Source: Acidimicrobiales bacterium
GTDB taxonomy: Bacteria > Actinomycetota > Acidimicrobiia > Acidimicrobiales > RAAP-2
NCBI GenBank assembly: GCA_052140165.1
Contig: JBKQUM010000138.1
Location: forward strand, 1,702-65,701
Length of the DNA: 64,000 nt
Direction of reading: 5' to 3'
The translations under genes were made by a program, and so were the position numbers. Below are positions 9,922 to 18,809 of the stretch, one piece after another. Position 1 is the first letter of the stretch. Every line of letters starts with the position of its first letter. Under the pieces are notes generated by a model, which ran no database searches, was not told where the DNA came from, and was given only the letters and a program-made list of their open reading frames with translations.

Positions 9922-10610
9922 GGCGCGCCGACGAACAGGCGGCCCGACAGATCGTTCGAGACGTGGATCGCCTCCGAGCCACCCTCGACCGTGACCTCGA
10001 CGTTGCCGTCCGGGTCGCGACCCCCGATGAGGGCGACGACGCCGGGGATGAAGCCGCCCTCGTCGAGCAGCGTCAGCGAGCCCAGATTGAGCTCGACCTC
10101 CTCGCTGATGCGCACCAGTCGCACCCGCTCCCCCGCGCCCACCTCGGCCAGGGGTCGGGTCGGGGCCGCCGGTTCCGCTGAATGCGACCCCGGGATCGGG
10201 TTGCCGTGCGGGCAGGTGGCCGGGTCACCCAGCAGCTCGACCAGCCGGGCTTCGACGTCGTCGGAGATCACGTGCTCCCACCGCCCCGCCTCACGGTGCA
10301 CCTTGTGCCACTCGAGCCCGATGACGTCGACGAGCAGCCGCTCGGCCAGGCGGTGCTTGCGGACCACCTTCTCGGCCAGCGCGCGCCCGCTCTCGGTGAG
10401 CGAGAGCCGTCTCCCCTCCCGGGTCACGTACCCCTCCTCGGTGAGCCGGTCGAGCATCTCCGACACCGACGGGGCGGAGCGACCCAGGCGCTCCGCGATG
10501 CGGGCCTGGATCACGGGCACACCCTCCTCCCCCAGGGCGAGGATGGTCTCGAGGTACTCCTCGACGGGCGGGTGGTACTCCTGCGGCGTGCGCGCGCCGG
10601 GTTCAGGCAT
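9918..10610 (-). CDS. DtxR/IdeR/MntR-family metal-dependent transcriptional regulator
   Basis: Winged-HTH region (VEEYLETILALGEEG..ARIAERLGRSAPSVSEML), a metal-site segment (HREAGRWEHV..CPHGNPIP) and a C-terminal SH3/FeoA-like domain. The start is trimmed to ATG 10610, giving an 8-nt overlap with the upstream gene. Confidence 0.88.
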   Translation of the reverse strand: MPEPGARTPQEYHPPVEEYLETILALGEEGVPVIQARIAERLGRSAPSVSEMLDRLTEEGYVTREGRRLSLTESGRALAEKVVRKHRLAERLLVDVIGLEWHKVHREAGRWEHVISDDVEARLVELLGDPATCPHGNPIPGSHSAEPAAPTRPLAEVGAGERVRLVRISEEVELNLGSLTLLDEGGFIPGVVALIGGRDPDGNVEVTVEGGSEAIHVSNDLSGRLFVGAP

Positions 10611-12561
10611 GGCAATGGTCCCCGTCGGACGACGGGGGCACGTCGAGGGCGGGGTTGCGGTCGAAGAACCCGAAGGGGACGAGCGAGAAACCGGTGTACT
10701 CCACCGGCATGACCGGCCAGTCCTCGGGCCGCGGGATGTGGGTGATCCCGAAGGTGTGCCAGAGGACGATGTCGGTGTCGACGAGGTCCCGGTCCTGGGC
10801 GGTCCACGCCGGGAGACCCGCGCCGCCCGCGTGCTGGTTGGGATAGTCGCCTGCCGCATGCCGCTCGTCGGGCGAGAAAGGGGTCACCCACAGGTTGTGC
10901 GCCGCGAAGGCGGCCCGCCGGCCGATGCTCGACTCGGGCGCGGCGAGCAGCGTCGGCGTGGCGGCCGGCAGGAGCTTGTACGCCGTGGGCTGGTTCAGCC
11001 CGTTGCGCCGGCTGCGGTTGGCGATGCGCCACGTACGCGAGCGGGACGGATCCGCGTTGCGCCTGGCCGCCAGCTCGGTCTCGAGCAGTGTGGTCGTCGT
11101 GCCGAAGGCACTGCCGACCGGGTTCGCTTCGCCGGGGGGCGAGGGTACCGCGTCGACCTCGTAGACGGTGTTGTCGGGCCCGTCGATCTCGATGTCGAGC
11201 CGGACGTTGAACAGGTGCTGGTGGTACGGCGCCGCCAGCCCCGGCGCCACCATGCGCGCGTGGTCCCCGGGATCGCCGCCCTCCACGGCCATGGTCGACA
11301 TGATCCCGCTGAGCTTCACCTCGAGCTGCATCGTGCCGTCCAGATAGAAGTACCAGTAGAACCCGTACTCGTAGTTGCCGACGGTGGCGATGGAGCTGAC
11401 GACCAGCCGGCGCGACCGGCGCACCTCGGTGCGGCCCGAGACCATGTCGACGTGCTTCCACAGAATGGAGTAGTCCTCCTCGTGCATGCAGATGGCGTTC
11501 GCCTTGGCGTGCGGCTTGCCCCGCTCGTCCGCGAAGACGTCGTCGAAGTAGTGGATCTCACCAAGGCAGTCGCAGCCGAGGGTCAGCGAATTGGCCATGC
11601 GTCCGAGCCCCCATTCACCCGCGTCGAACGCGCTCTTCCACCGGTGCATCGGACTGGGGTGCCCGTAGGGCACCACCATCTCGCTGACGGACGCGCGGTA
11701 GACGAGCGGACGCACCTTGCCGCCGTCCTGGTAGCCGATGGTCGAGAGGACGAGACCCTCGAGCGGGTCCATGCCCACCCGCAGCGACCACTTCTGCCAC
11801 CGCACGAGATTGCCGTCCACCACGAAGCTCGGGCCTTCGGGCTGGGTGATGCTGAGCGGCTTGAGATCGGTGCGCAGCGGCCCGTTGTCCTCGGGGTAGT
11901 AGCTGCCCGACGTCGGGGGCACGGGGACGGTGCCGTAGTCGAGCACCTCGAGCACCTCGCCCCGCCCCATGTCGACGATGGCCAGCAGCCCCTCGAGCGG
12001 ACGGGCATAGCCATTGTCGTCGGCCGACTCGCGCAGGTAGGCCAGGCACTTGGTGATCCGACGCCCCTTCTCGTGCTCGAGCCCGAAGGTCCCTGCGGGC
12101 CACGGGTCGACCTGGACGAGCGACCGGTCCACCACGCCGCGGCGGTCGAGCGCGGCGTTCCATTCCTCGCACCCGGCCAGCGCGAGCAGCGCGGCGTAGG
12201 CCTCTCCCATCTGCAACGGCGGGCGGACGTCCTCGACCACCTCCCAGCGCACCACCTCTCCCCGGGTGACCGAGACGACCGCCTCGACCACGTCGGCCTC
12301 GGGGCCCTGCAACAGCACCATGCGCACCTGGCGGTCGATGCGGGCGGCGGCCCCCGGCTCCCCCCGGTCGACCGCCCGCACGACCTCCTTGGGTGGATCG
12401 CACAGGGCCACGTAGGCGAATCGGAGGGCGTCGTCCGCCACGGCGGCCCGGCCACTGTCGAAGACGATCTGGCGGGCCGCCATCATCTCGTCACCCGTCA
12501 GCGGCGACAGCGGGTGGAGCGACACCGGGGCGGGAACGGCAGTGGTCGACATTGACGCCAT
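10603..12561 (-). CDS. copper-containing primary amine oxidase (TPQ-dependent)
   Basis: 652 aa. TPQ precursor consensus TVGNYEYGFYW, and copper His motifs (YHQHLF and WHTFGITHIPRPEDWPVMP). Confidence 0.9.
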   Translation of the reverse strand: MASMSTTAVPAPVSLHPLSPLTGDEMMAARQIVFDSGRAAVADDALRFAYVALCDPPKEVVRAVDRGEPGAAARIDRQVRMVLLQGPEADVVEAVVSVTRGEVVRWEVVEDVRPPLQMGEAYAALLALAGCEEWNAALDRRGVVDRSLVQVDPWPAGTFGLEHEKGRRITKCLAYLRESADDNGYARPLEGLLAIVDMGRGEVLEVLDYGTVPVPPTSGSYYPEDNGPLRTDLKPLSITQPEGPSFVVDGNLVRWQKWSLRVGMDPLEGLVLSTIGYQDGGKVRPLVYRASVSEMVVPYGHPSPMHRWKSAFDAGEWGLGRMANSLTLGCDCLGEIHYFDDVFADERGKPHAKANAICMHEEDYSILWKHVDMVSGRTEVRRSRRLVVSSIATVGNYEYGFYWYFYLDGTMQLEVKLSGIMSTMAVEGGDPGDHARMVAPGLAAPYHQHLFNVRLDIEIDGPDNTVYEVDAVPSPPGEANPVGSAFGTTTTLLETELAARRNADPSRSRTWRIANRSRRNGLNQPTAYKLLPAATPTLLAAPESSIGRRAAFAAHNLWVTPFSPDERHAAGDYPNQHAGGAGLPAWTAQDRDLVDTDIVLWHTFGITHIPRPEDWPVMPVEYTGFSLVPFGFFDRNPALDVPPSSDGDHCHA

Positions 12562-12596
12562 GGTACGTGGCGGGCGGCCGCAGGCCGCCTACCATG
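12559..12596. promoter_or_regulatory. imperfect palindrome in a 40-bp divergent intergenic region (candidate operator)
   Basis: CATGGTA (12559-12565) pairs with TACCATG (12590-12596). Inner arms are GGCGG/CCGCC around a GCGGCCGC core. The element spans the gap between two divergent start codons. Confidence 0.3.
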
Positions 12597-12601
12597 CCTG
12601 A

Positions 12602-13414
12602 ATGGACGATGCGGCCGAGCGTGCCGCCCGCAGCGCCCACGAGCTGGCCCGTCGCACCGGCACCGACCGTCACGACGTCCTGGTCGTGCTGGGCAGCGGT
12701 CTCGCCGGCGTGGGCGAGATCCTGGGCGCCGGAGGCCCCTCGCTTCCTCTCGACACCCTGCCGTTCTTCCCCCGCTACACCGCCGCGGGGCACCGGGCCC
12801 AGGGCTGGTCGGTCGACCTGGCGGGAAAGCGCGTCCTGATCTTCGGGGGCCGCTGCCACCTGTACGAGGGCCTGCAGCCGGAGGAGGCCGTCCATCCCCT
12901 GCGCACCGGCGTTGCGGCCGGCTGCGGCACCGTCATCCTGACCGCCGCCGTCGGCGGCGTGCGCCCGGACCTGGCCACGGGAGCGATCATGGTCGTGGAG
13001 GACCAGCTGAACCTCACGGGGTGCAGCCCGCTGCGCGGCCCCGACTTCGTCGACATGGTCGGCGCCTACGCGCCGTCGCTGTCCCGGCTGGCTCTTGCCG
13101 TTCCGGCTTCGGTGGCGCCCGGGCTCTCCCCCCGCCCTGGCGTCTACGCCCAGGTGCTCGGGCCCCAGTTCGAGACACCGGCCGAGATCGCCATGCTGCG
13201 GACGGCGGGAGCGGACGTGGTCGGCATGTCGATGGCGATCGAGACGATCGCCGCCCGCCGGGCCGGGGCCGAGGTCCTCGGCCTGGCCGTGGTCACCAAC
13301 GCGGCCGCCACCAGCTCCGTCACCACCGACATCGCCGGCATCGGGGCCGTCGGCGACGCCGCCGCCCCCACCGTGGCCGAGATCGTCCGCCACGTCGTAA
13401 GGTCACTCCCGTGA
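12602..13414 (+). CDS. punA: purine nucleoside phosphorylase (trimeric PunA type)
   Basis: Motifs GRCHLYEG, GPQFETPAE and VGMSMAIE. Confidence 0.88.
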   Translation: MDDAAERAARSAHELARRTGTDRHDVLVVLGSGLAGVGEILGAGGPSLPLDTLPFFPRYTAAGHRAQGWSVDLAGKRVLIFGGRCHLYEGLQPEEAVHPLRTGVAAGCGTVILTAAVGGVRPDLATGAIMVVEDQLNLTGCSPLRGPDFVDMVGAYAPSLSRLALAVPASVAPGLSPRPGVYAQVLGPQFETPAEIAMLRTAGADVVGMSMAIETIAARRAGAEVLGLAVVTNAAATSSVTTDIAGIGAVGDAAAPTVAEIVRHVVRSLP

Positions 13415-13779
13415 CCACTGCACCCGCCGGCGTCGACCACGTGGCGATCAACGTCCCCGACGTGCCGGGAGCGATCGCGTTCTACACCGAGACGATGGGG
13501 CTCGTCCAGAATTTCACCCGGCCCGACTTCGGGTTCGCCGGGGCCTGGCTGGACACCGCCAACGGACAGCAGGTGCACCTCATCGAGCTCCCGGCGCCCC
13601 CCAACGTGGGCCAGCATTTCGCCCTCGTCTACGACGACCTCGACGTGATCGTGCCCGAGCTCCGGGGACGGGGCCTCGAGGTGACGGACCCCGTCCCGGT
13701 GGGTGAGACCGGCCGCCGGCAGGCCTTCACCAGCGACCCGTGGGGCAACGGGATCGAGTTGCACCAGCGACCCCGTTGA
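13411..13779 (+). CDS. VOC-family (glyoxalase/dioxygenase-fold) protein
   Basis: GVDHVAINVPDV..AFYTE.MGL at the N-terminus and FTSDPWGNGIEL at the C-terminus. GTG start overlaps the punA stop as GTGA. Confidence 0.8.
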   Translation: MTTAPAGVDHVAINVPDVPGAIAFYTETMGLVQNFTRPDFGFAGAWLDTANGQQVHLIELPAPPNVGQHFALVYDDLDVIVPELRGRGLEVTDPVPVGETGRRQAFTSDPWGNGIELHQRPR

Positions 13780-13870
13780 AGGCCCGGCGGCTCAGCTCCG
13801 CGTGATCGGGATCGCGTCGGAGACCCGGTTGCGTGACACACGCGTGACCACCGACGCCAAGAAGGGGAGC

Positions 13871-13887
13871 CGCGCCCTCGGGGCGCG
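13871..13887. terminator. GC-rich hairpin between convergent genes (candidate bidirectional terminator)
   Basis: CGCGCCC-tcg-GGGCGCG, a perfect 7-bp stem 7 nt downstream of the rpmA stop. The flanking T-tract is weak. Confidence 0.35.
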
Positions 13888-13893
13888 TCTCGG

Positions 13894-14148
13894 TCAGTCG
13901 CCCGAGACGACGCTGATCTGCTTGCGCCCGCGGCGCTCGCCGAACTTCACCACTCCGTCCGCCATGGCGAACAGCGTGTCGTCGCCGCCCCGCCCGACGT
14001 TGGCGCCGGGGTGGAACTTGGTGCCGCGCTGGCGCACCAGGATGGAGCCGGCGGTCACCGTGGTGCCGTCGAACTCCTTGACCCCCAGGCGCTGCGCCTG
14101 CGAGTCGCGGCCGTTGCGGGTCGACCCGCCGCCCTTGGTCTTCGACAT
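13894..14148 (-). CDS. rpmA: 50S ribosomal protein L27
   Basis: [24 protein letters not shown].., 84 aa. The start is trimmed from the longer ORF-track call. Confidence 0.96.
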   Translation of the reverse strand: MSKTKGGGSTRNGRDSQAQRLGVKEFDGTTVTAGSILVRQRGTKFHPGANVGRGGDDTLFAMADGVVKFGERRGRKQISVVSGD

Positions 14149-14174
14149 GTCGGACTCCTCGGATTCCCTCGGCC

Positions 14175-14489
14175 TCAGCCGGCCGCTGTGATCGCGGTGA
14201 TCTCCAGCGTCGCGTAGTGCTGGCGGTGACCCCACCGGCGGCGCTGGTTGGACTTGGACTTGTAGGTCATGGCGTTGATCTTGGGGCCCAGCTCCGAGCC
14301 CACGACCTTGGCCGTGACCGAGGCACCCTCCAGCTGCGCCGGCGTGGCCAGTACGGTCGCGCCGTCGACCACGAGGACGGGCTCCAGCGACACCTCGGTG
14401 CCGATGGGCTGGCCGAGCAGCTCCACGCGGACGCGCTGGCCCTCCGCGACGCGCTCCTGCTTTCCTCCGGACCTGATGACGGCATACAT
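14175..14489 (-). CDS. rplU: 50S ribosomal protein L21
   Basis: [14 protein letters not shown].., 104 aa, directly upstream of rpmA. Confidence 0.96.
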   Translation of the reverse strand: MYAVIRSGGKQERVAEGQRVRVELLGQPIGTEVSLEPVLVVDGATVLATPAQLEGASVTAKVVGSELGPKINAMTYKSKSNQRRRWGHRQHYATLEITAITAAG

Positions 14490-14501
14490 GAAGGGGAGAT
14501 C

Positions 14502-16097
14502 CTAGCGCAGGACCGAATCGTCGAGGGTCACACCCCTGCCCCCGCAGACGGCACACTCGGTCGAAAGGGTCTCGAGCAGGCCTTCCGAGACCCGCTTGCG
14601 GGTCATCTCGACCAGTCCCAGCTCGGAAATGTCGAAGACCTGGGTCCGGGTCTTGTCCCGGGCCAGGGCGTTGCGCAGCGCGGACGCCACCCGGTCCCGG
14701 TTCTCGCGGATCTCCATGTCGATGAAGTCGATGACGATGATGCCGCCGATGTCCCGCAGCCGCAGCTGGTGGGCGACCTCCTCGGCCGCCTCCAGGTTGT
14801 TGCGGAAGACCGTCTCCTCCAGGTTCGTCTTGCCGACGTTCTTCCCCGTGTTGACGTCAATGACCGTCAGCGCCTCGGTGCGCTCGATGATGAGCGAGCC
14901 CCCCGAGGGGAGCCATACCTTGCGGTCGAGCGCCTTGTGGAGCTGCTCGTGCACGTGGTAGCGCTCGAAGATCGGGAGGCCCTCGACCTCGGGGTCGTAG
15001 TACTCGACCCGGTCCGAGAGCTCGGGGCTCACCGCCCGCACGTAGTCCCGCACCTGCTCGAACAGCTCCAGGTCGTCGATCACGACGCCCCTGTACTCCG
15101 CGTTGAGCTCCTCGCGCAGGATCCGCACCGACAGCTCGGGCTCCCGGTAGAGGAGGCCGGGGGCGTCGGACTTCTTGGCCTCGGCTGCTATCGAGTTCCA
15201 CTGCTCAAGCAGGGTGGTCACGTCGCGCTGCAGCTCGTCGGCCGAGACTCCCTCGGCCGCGGTGCGCACGATCATGCCGTGGCCGGCCGGCTTCACCTCG
15301 TCGATGATGCGGCGGAGCCGCCGCCGCTCGGTGTCGCCCAGGCGCTTGGAGATGCCGAACGCGCTGGAGTTCGGGACGAGGACGGCGAAGCGCCCCGGCA
15401 GCGAGACCTCCTGGGTGAGGCGTGCGCCCTTGGCCCCGATGGGGTTCTTGGTCACCTGGCACAGAATGCTCTGTCCCGCCTTGAGCACGTCCTCGATCCG
15501 GGGCTGCTGCGACGACGCCCCGCCCTCGATGTCGTCGCGGTCGTAACGCACGTCACCCCGGTACAGGACGGCGTTCTTCGGGATGCCGATGTCGACGAAG
15601 GCAGCCTCCATGCCGGGCAGCACGTTCTGCACCCGCCCCCGGTACACGTTGCCGTCGATCTGGCTCGTGTCGTCGGCCGCCCGGGACACGTAGTGCTCCA
15701 CCAGGGTCCGACCCTCGAGCATGGCGATCTGGGTCATGTGGGGCTGCACGTGCACGCAGACCAGGTACCGGCCCACCTGCTTGGAGCGGCGCTCCCGTGC
15801 AGCCGGGCGGCGCCTGCTGCGCGCCCGCTTGGCGCTCCCGTCGAGGCTCTCCGGAGCGGCGACGCCCGTCGGAGCGTCCTCACCGGTTTCCGCCTCCTGC
15901 GTCGCCGTGGGCCCCGGCCGCACCAGCGGAACCACGGGGGCAGCCGCCGCCGGCGGCGCGGCGGGTGCCGGCCGCGTGTCCCCGATCTTCGGCTTCGGTC
16001 GCTGGGGCGCTGGGCGCGGGTCGTCCGGGGGGCTAGTGCCTCCCGACGCCTCCCGGGGGGGACCCTCCGGGGTCTGGCTGAATTCCGTCTCGGACAT
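14502..16097 (-). CDS. rne: ribonuclease E/G family protein
   Basis: S1 domain plus the RNase E/G catalytic core ([17 protein letters not shown]) and a C-terminal CxxC. The N-terminus is Arg/Pro-rich. The exact start is uncertain because it overlaps the upstream gene by 65 nt. Confidence 0.88.
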   Translation of the reverse strand: MSETEFSQTPEGPPREASGGTSPPDDPRPAPQRPKPKIGDTRPAPAAPPAAAAPVVPLVRPGPTATQEAETGEDAPTGVAAPESLDGSAKRARSRRRPAARERRSKQVGRYLVCVHVQPHMTQIAMLEGRTLVEHYVSRAADDTSQIDGNVYRGRVQNVLPGMEAAFVDIGIPKNAVLYRGDVRYDRDDIEGGASSQQPRIEDVLKAGQSILCQVTKNPIGAKGARLTQEVSLPGRFAVLVPNSSAFGISKRLGDTERRRLRRIIDEVKPAGHGMIVRTAAEGVSADELQRDVTTLLEQWNSIAAEAKKSDAPGLLYREPELSVRILREELNAEYRGVVIDDLELFEQVRDYVRAVSPELSDRVEYYDPEVEGLPIFERYHVHEQLHKALDRKVWLPSGGSLIIERTEALTVIDVNTGKNVGKTNLEETVFRNNLEAAEEVAHQLRLRDIGGIIVIDFIDMEIRENRDRVASALRNALARDKTRTQVFDISELGLVEMTRKRVSEGLLETLSTECAVCGGRGVTLDDSVLR

Positions 16098-16851
16098 GAG
16101 GGAAAGCCCTCCTCGCGTACTGTGTCGCGTCCGCGCCGGTCCCGGGCCCGCTCACGGAGAGGGGCTCGAACCGTCCGCCGTCGCGTTCGATCCATTGATG
16201 CGTTCGACAGGCCCGCCCGAGCACCGCGTCGGTGCCGAGCGACGTGACCAGGTCGGCCGGACGGACGCCACGCGGGTGCGTGGCCAACTCCGCTCGGAGA
16301 TCACCGTTGGGGCTGGTCACGGACAGTGCCAGGATTGCCGGGCGGATGTCGTCTTCGGCCTGACGACCCTTCCGCTCCCGCCGGACAGCCAGAATGGGGG
16401 CAGCGAGCACCTTCTCGACCCGCTCCTGCAGCTCCTCACCTGGCACTCCGAGCACCTCCAGCTCCCAATCGCACGATGCTACCTCCTGCTGGAGCGAACC
16501 CTCGGCTTCACCGACCAGGGCGGCCGCCTCGACATCGATCCCCTCGGGCAGCAACACGCTCAGGGCTCCGGGCAACTCGGGCACCGGGATCTCACCGGAC
16601 TCGACGGGCCCGAGGCGCACGTCGAGGTACTCGCCGAGGGACTCGCAGCCCGTGGGCAGGGCCAACCCGAAGCTCACCAGGGGGTGGGGCACGAAACCCT
16701 GCGAGTAGGCCACGGGCAGCCGGCTGCGCCGCAAGGCTCGTTCCCACATGCGGGCCACGTCCCGGTGGCTCGTGAAGCGGATCTTCCCCGCCTTGGTGAA
16801 GCGCAGGCGGAGGCGGCGCGGTGCTCCCGGTACGGGGGCCTCAGGAGGCAC
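16033..16851 (-). CDS. radical SAM-associated protein (DUF2344 / TIGR03936-like)
   Basis: Contains RLRLRFTKAGKIRFTSHRDVARMWERALRRSRLPVAYSQGF.PHP. The start is set at GTG 16851, just past the upstream stop. Confidence 0.78.
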   Translation of the reverse strand: MPPEAPVPGAPRRLRLRFTKAGKIRFTSHRDVARMWERALRRSRLPVAYSQGFVPHPLVSFGLALPTGCESLGEYLDVRLGPVESGEIPVPELPGALSVLLPEGIDVEAAALVGEAEGSLQQEVASCDWELEVLGVPGEELQERVEKVLAAPILAVRRERKGRQAEDDIRPAILALSVTSPNGDLRAELATHPRGVRPADLVTSLGTDAVLGRACRTHQWIERDGGRFEPLSVSGPGTGADATQYARRAFPHVRDGIQPDPGGSPPGGVGRH

Positions 16852-18796
16852 GGCCGACCAGGCGGACGGGGATGCGGTCCCCGACGCTGAGGTCCTGGCC
16901 CGTGCCCTGGCTGCCCCCCGCCGGCGGGACCGGCGAGGCCACCACGTGTTCGAGGCCGAAGCCGGTGCAGGCCCCGCAGTCGTAGCAGGGCGTCCAGCGG
17001 CAATCCTCGACGGCCACCCGTGCCAGCGCATCCTGCCAGTCACCCCAGAGGAAGTCGCGGTGCAACCCCGCCGAGATGTGGTCCCAGGGCAGGGCCTCGT
17101 CGGCGCCCCGCTCGCGATGGCACACCTCGTCGACGCTCAGGCCCTCGGCGGCCAGCGCCGCCTCCCACAGCGAGAGGTCGAAGCGCTCCGACCATTCCTG
17201 GAACGTGCCGCCGGCCCGCCAGACGCGCTCGATCACCGCACCCATGCGCCGGTCACCCCGGCTGGCCAGCCCCTCGGCGACCGAGGCGGACGGCTCGTGC
17301 CAGCGGATCGTGAGGCCCCGGGAGCGCCGGGCCGCCTCGCGCAGGAGCGCCACCTTGCGCTCGAGCTCGGCCACGGTGTCCTGCCCGAACCACTGGAAGG
17401 GCGTGTGGGGCTTGGGCACGAACCCGCCCACCGAGGCCACGACCGTCACCGACTTCTGGTGACGACGCCCGATCTCGACGCACCGTGCACCCAGCTCCGC
17501 GATGCCGAGCACGTCCTCGTCGCGCTCGGTGGGGAGCCCGATGAGGAAGTAGAGCTTGATCCGCCGCCAGCCCTGGCTGAAGGCGGCGTCGACCGCGCCG
17601 TAGAGATCCTCCTCGGTGATGAGCTTGTTGATGACCGTGCGCATCCGCCACGTCCCGCCCTCGGGAGCGAAGGTCAGGCCCGTGCGGCGCACCTTCTGGA
17701 TCTGCGCCGCGGTGCCCACGGTGAAGGCGTCCACCCGCAGGGACGGGAGGCTGACCGAGACCCGTCCGCCGTGCACGGGATCGTCGACGATGTCGCGCAC
17801 GGTGTCCTCGATGTCCGAGAAGTCCGCCGTGGAGAGCGACGTCAGGGTCACCTCGTCGTAGCCGGTGCGCTCCAGGCCGTTGCGCACCAGTGCGCGGACC
17901 TGCTCGGCCGGCCGCTCGCGTACCGGCCGGGTGATCATGCCGGCCTGGCAGAAACGGCACCCCCGCGTGCAGCCCCGGAACACTTCGACGTTGAGGCGGT
18001 CGTGGACGACCTCGGTCAGCGGCACCAGCTGGCGCGAGGGGTAGGGCCAGTCGGCCAGGTCGGCCACCGTCCGCTTCGTCACCTCCGCCGGTACCCCCGC
18101 GTCGACCGGCTCCGTGGACACGAGCCGCCCGTCCACGTAGGAGGGCGCGTAGAGCGCCGGGACGTAGACGCCCTCGAGCTGGGCCAGCGACCGCCACAGC
18201 GCGCCGCGGTCCCGCTGCACCGCGGGCGACCCCTCCAGCCAGGCGGCCATCACCTCGTTGACCTCGCCCACGGCCTCCTCCCCGTCACCGAGCACGAAGG
18301 CGTCGACGAAATCGGCCAGTGGTTCGGGGTTGTACGCGCAATGGCCGCCCGCCACGACGAGGGCGTCGTCTCCGGACCGCTCTACCGCATGCAGTGGAAG
18401 GCCGGCCAGGTCGATCAGGTTCACGAGGTTGGTGTAGACGAGCTCGGCCGACAGGTTGAAGGCCAGCACGTCGAAGGCCGCCGCGGGCAGGTGCTGCTCC
18501 ACGCTGAAGAGGGGCACACCGGCGGCGCGCATGGCCGCCTCCATGTCGACCCAGGGTGCGTAGGAGCGTTCCGCCACCGCGTCGGGCCGCTCGTTGAGGA
18601 TCTCGTAGAGGATCTGGAGGCCCTGGTTGGGCAGGCCGATCTCGTAGGTGTCGGGGTAGAGCAGGAGCCACGCCACCTTGCCCGGGCCGTGCTCGGGGTA
18701 CACCGCGCCCTGCTCGCCGCCGATGTAGCGGGCCGGCTTGGTCACCGTGGGCAGGAGGCGCTCGATCGTCGGCCAGAGGGTCTCCATGGGCCACAA
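16841..18796 (-). CDS. B12-binding-domain radical SAM protein (TIGR03960-like)
   Basis: 651 aa with the radical SAM cluster motif CTRGCRFCQAG. Its conserved partner gene lies immediately downstream. Confidence 0.88.
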   Translation of the reverse strand: MWPMETLWPTIERLLPTVTKPARYIGGEQGAVYPEHGPGKVAWLLLYPDTYEIGLPNQGLQILYEILNERPDAVAERSYAPWVDMEAAMRAAGVPLFSVEQHLPAAAFDVLAFNLSAELVYTNLVNLIDLAGLPLHAVERSGDDALVVAGGHCAYNPEPLADFVDAFVLGDGEEAVGEVNEVMAAWLEGSPAVQRDRGALWRSLAQLEGVYVPALYAPSYVDGRLVSTEPVDAGVPAEVTKRTVADLADWPYPSRQLVPLTEVVHDRLNVEVFRGCTRGCRFCQAGMITRPVRERPAEQVRALVRNGLERTGYDEVTLTSLSTADFSDIEDTVRDIVDDPVHGGRVSVSLPSLRVDAFTVGTAAQIQKVRRTGLTFAPEGGTWRMRTVINKLITEEDLYGAVDAAFSQGWRRIKLYFLIGLPTERDEDVLGIAELGARCVEIGRRHQKSVTVVASVGGFVPKPHTPFQWFGQDTVAELERKVALLREAARRSRGLTIRWHEPSASVAEGLASRGDRRMGAVIERVWRAGGTFQEWSERFDLSLWEAALAAEGLSVDEVCHRERGADEALPWDHISAGLHRDFLWGDWQDALARVAVEDCRWTPCYDCGACTGFGLEHVVASPVPPAGGSQGTGQDLSVGDRIPVRLVGRAS

Positions 18797-18809
18797 CCCT
18801 ACGGGACGC

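Noticed and set aside
8764-12555. Very long plus-strand ORF (1263 aa) covering the amidohydrolase, DtxR and amine oxidase region
   Set aside because: It runs antisense to three genes that have clear family motifs. Its product is Arg/Gly/Pro/Val-rich low-complexity sequence, typical of shadow ORFs in high-GC DNA.
16033-16097. 65-nt overlap between the DUF2344-like gene end and the RNase E/G start, considered as a possible frameshift or fusion
   Set aside because: It is more simply explained by an over-extended RNase E/G start call in an Arg/Pro-rich N-terminal region. Alternative in-frame starts exist downstream, and there is no evidence for a fusion.
14217-16247. 676-aa plus-strand ORF opposite RNase E/G
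   Set aside because: An antisense shadow ORF. The RNase E/G frame carries the S1 and catalytic motifs.
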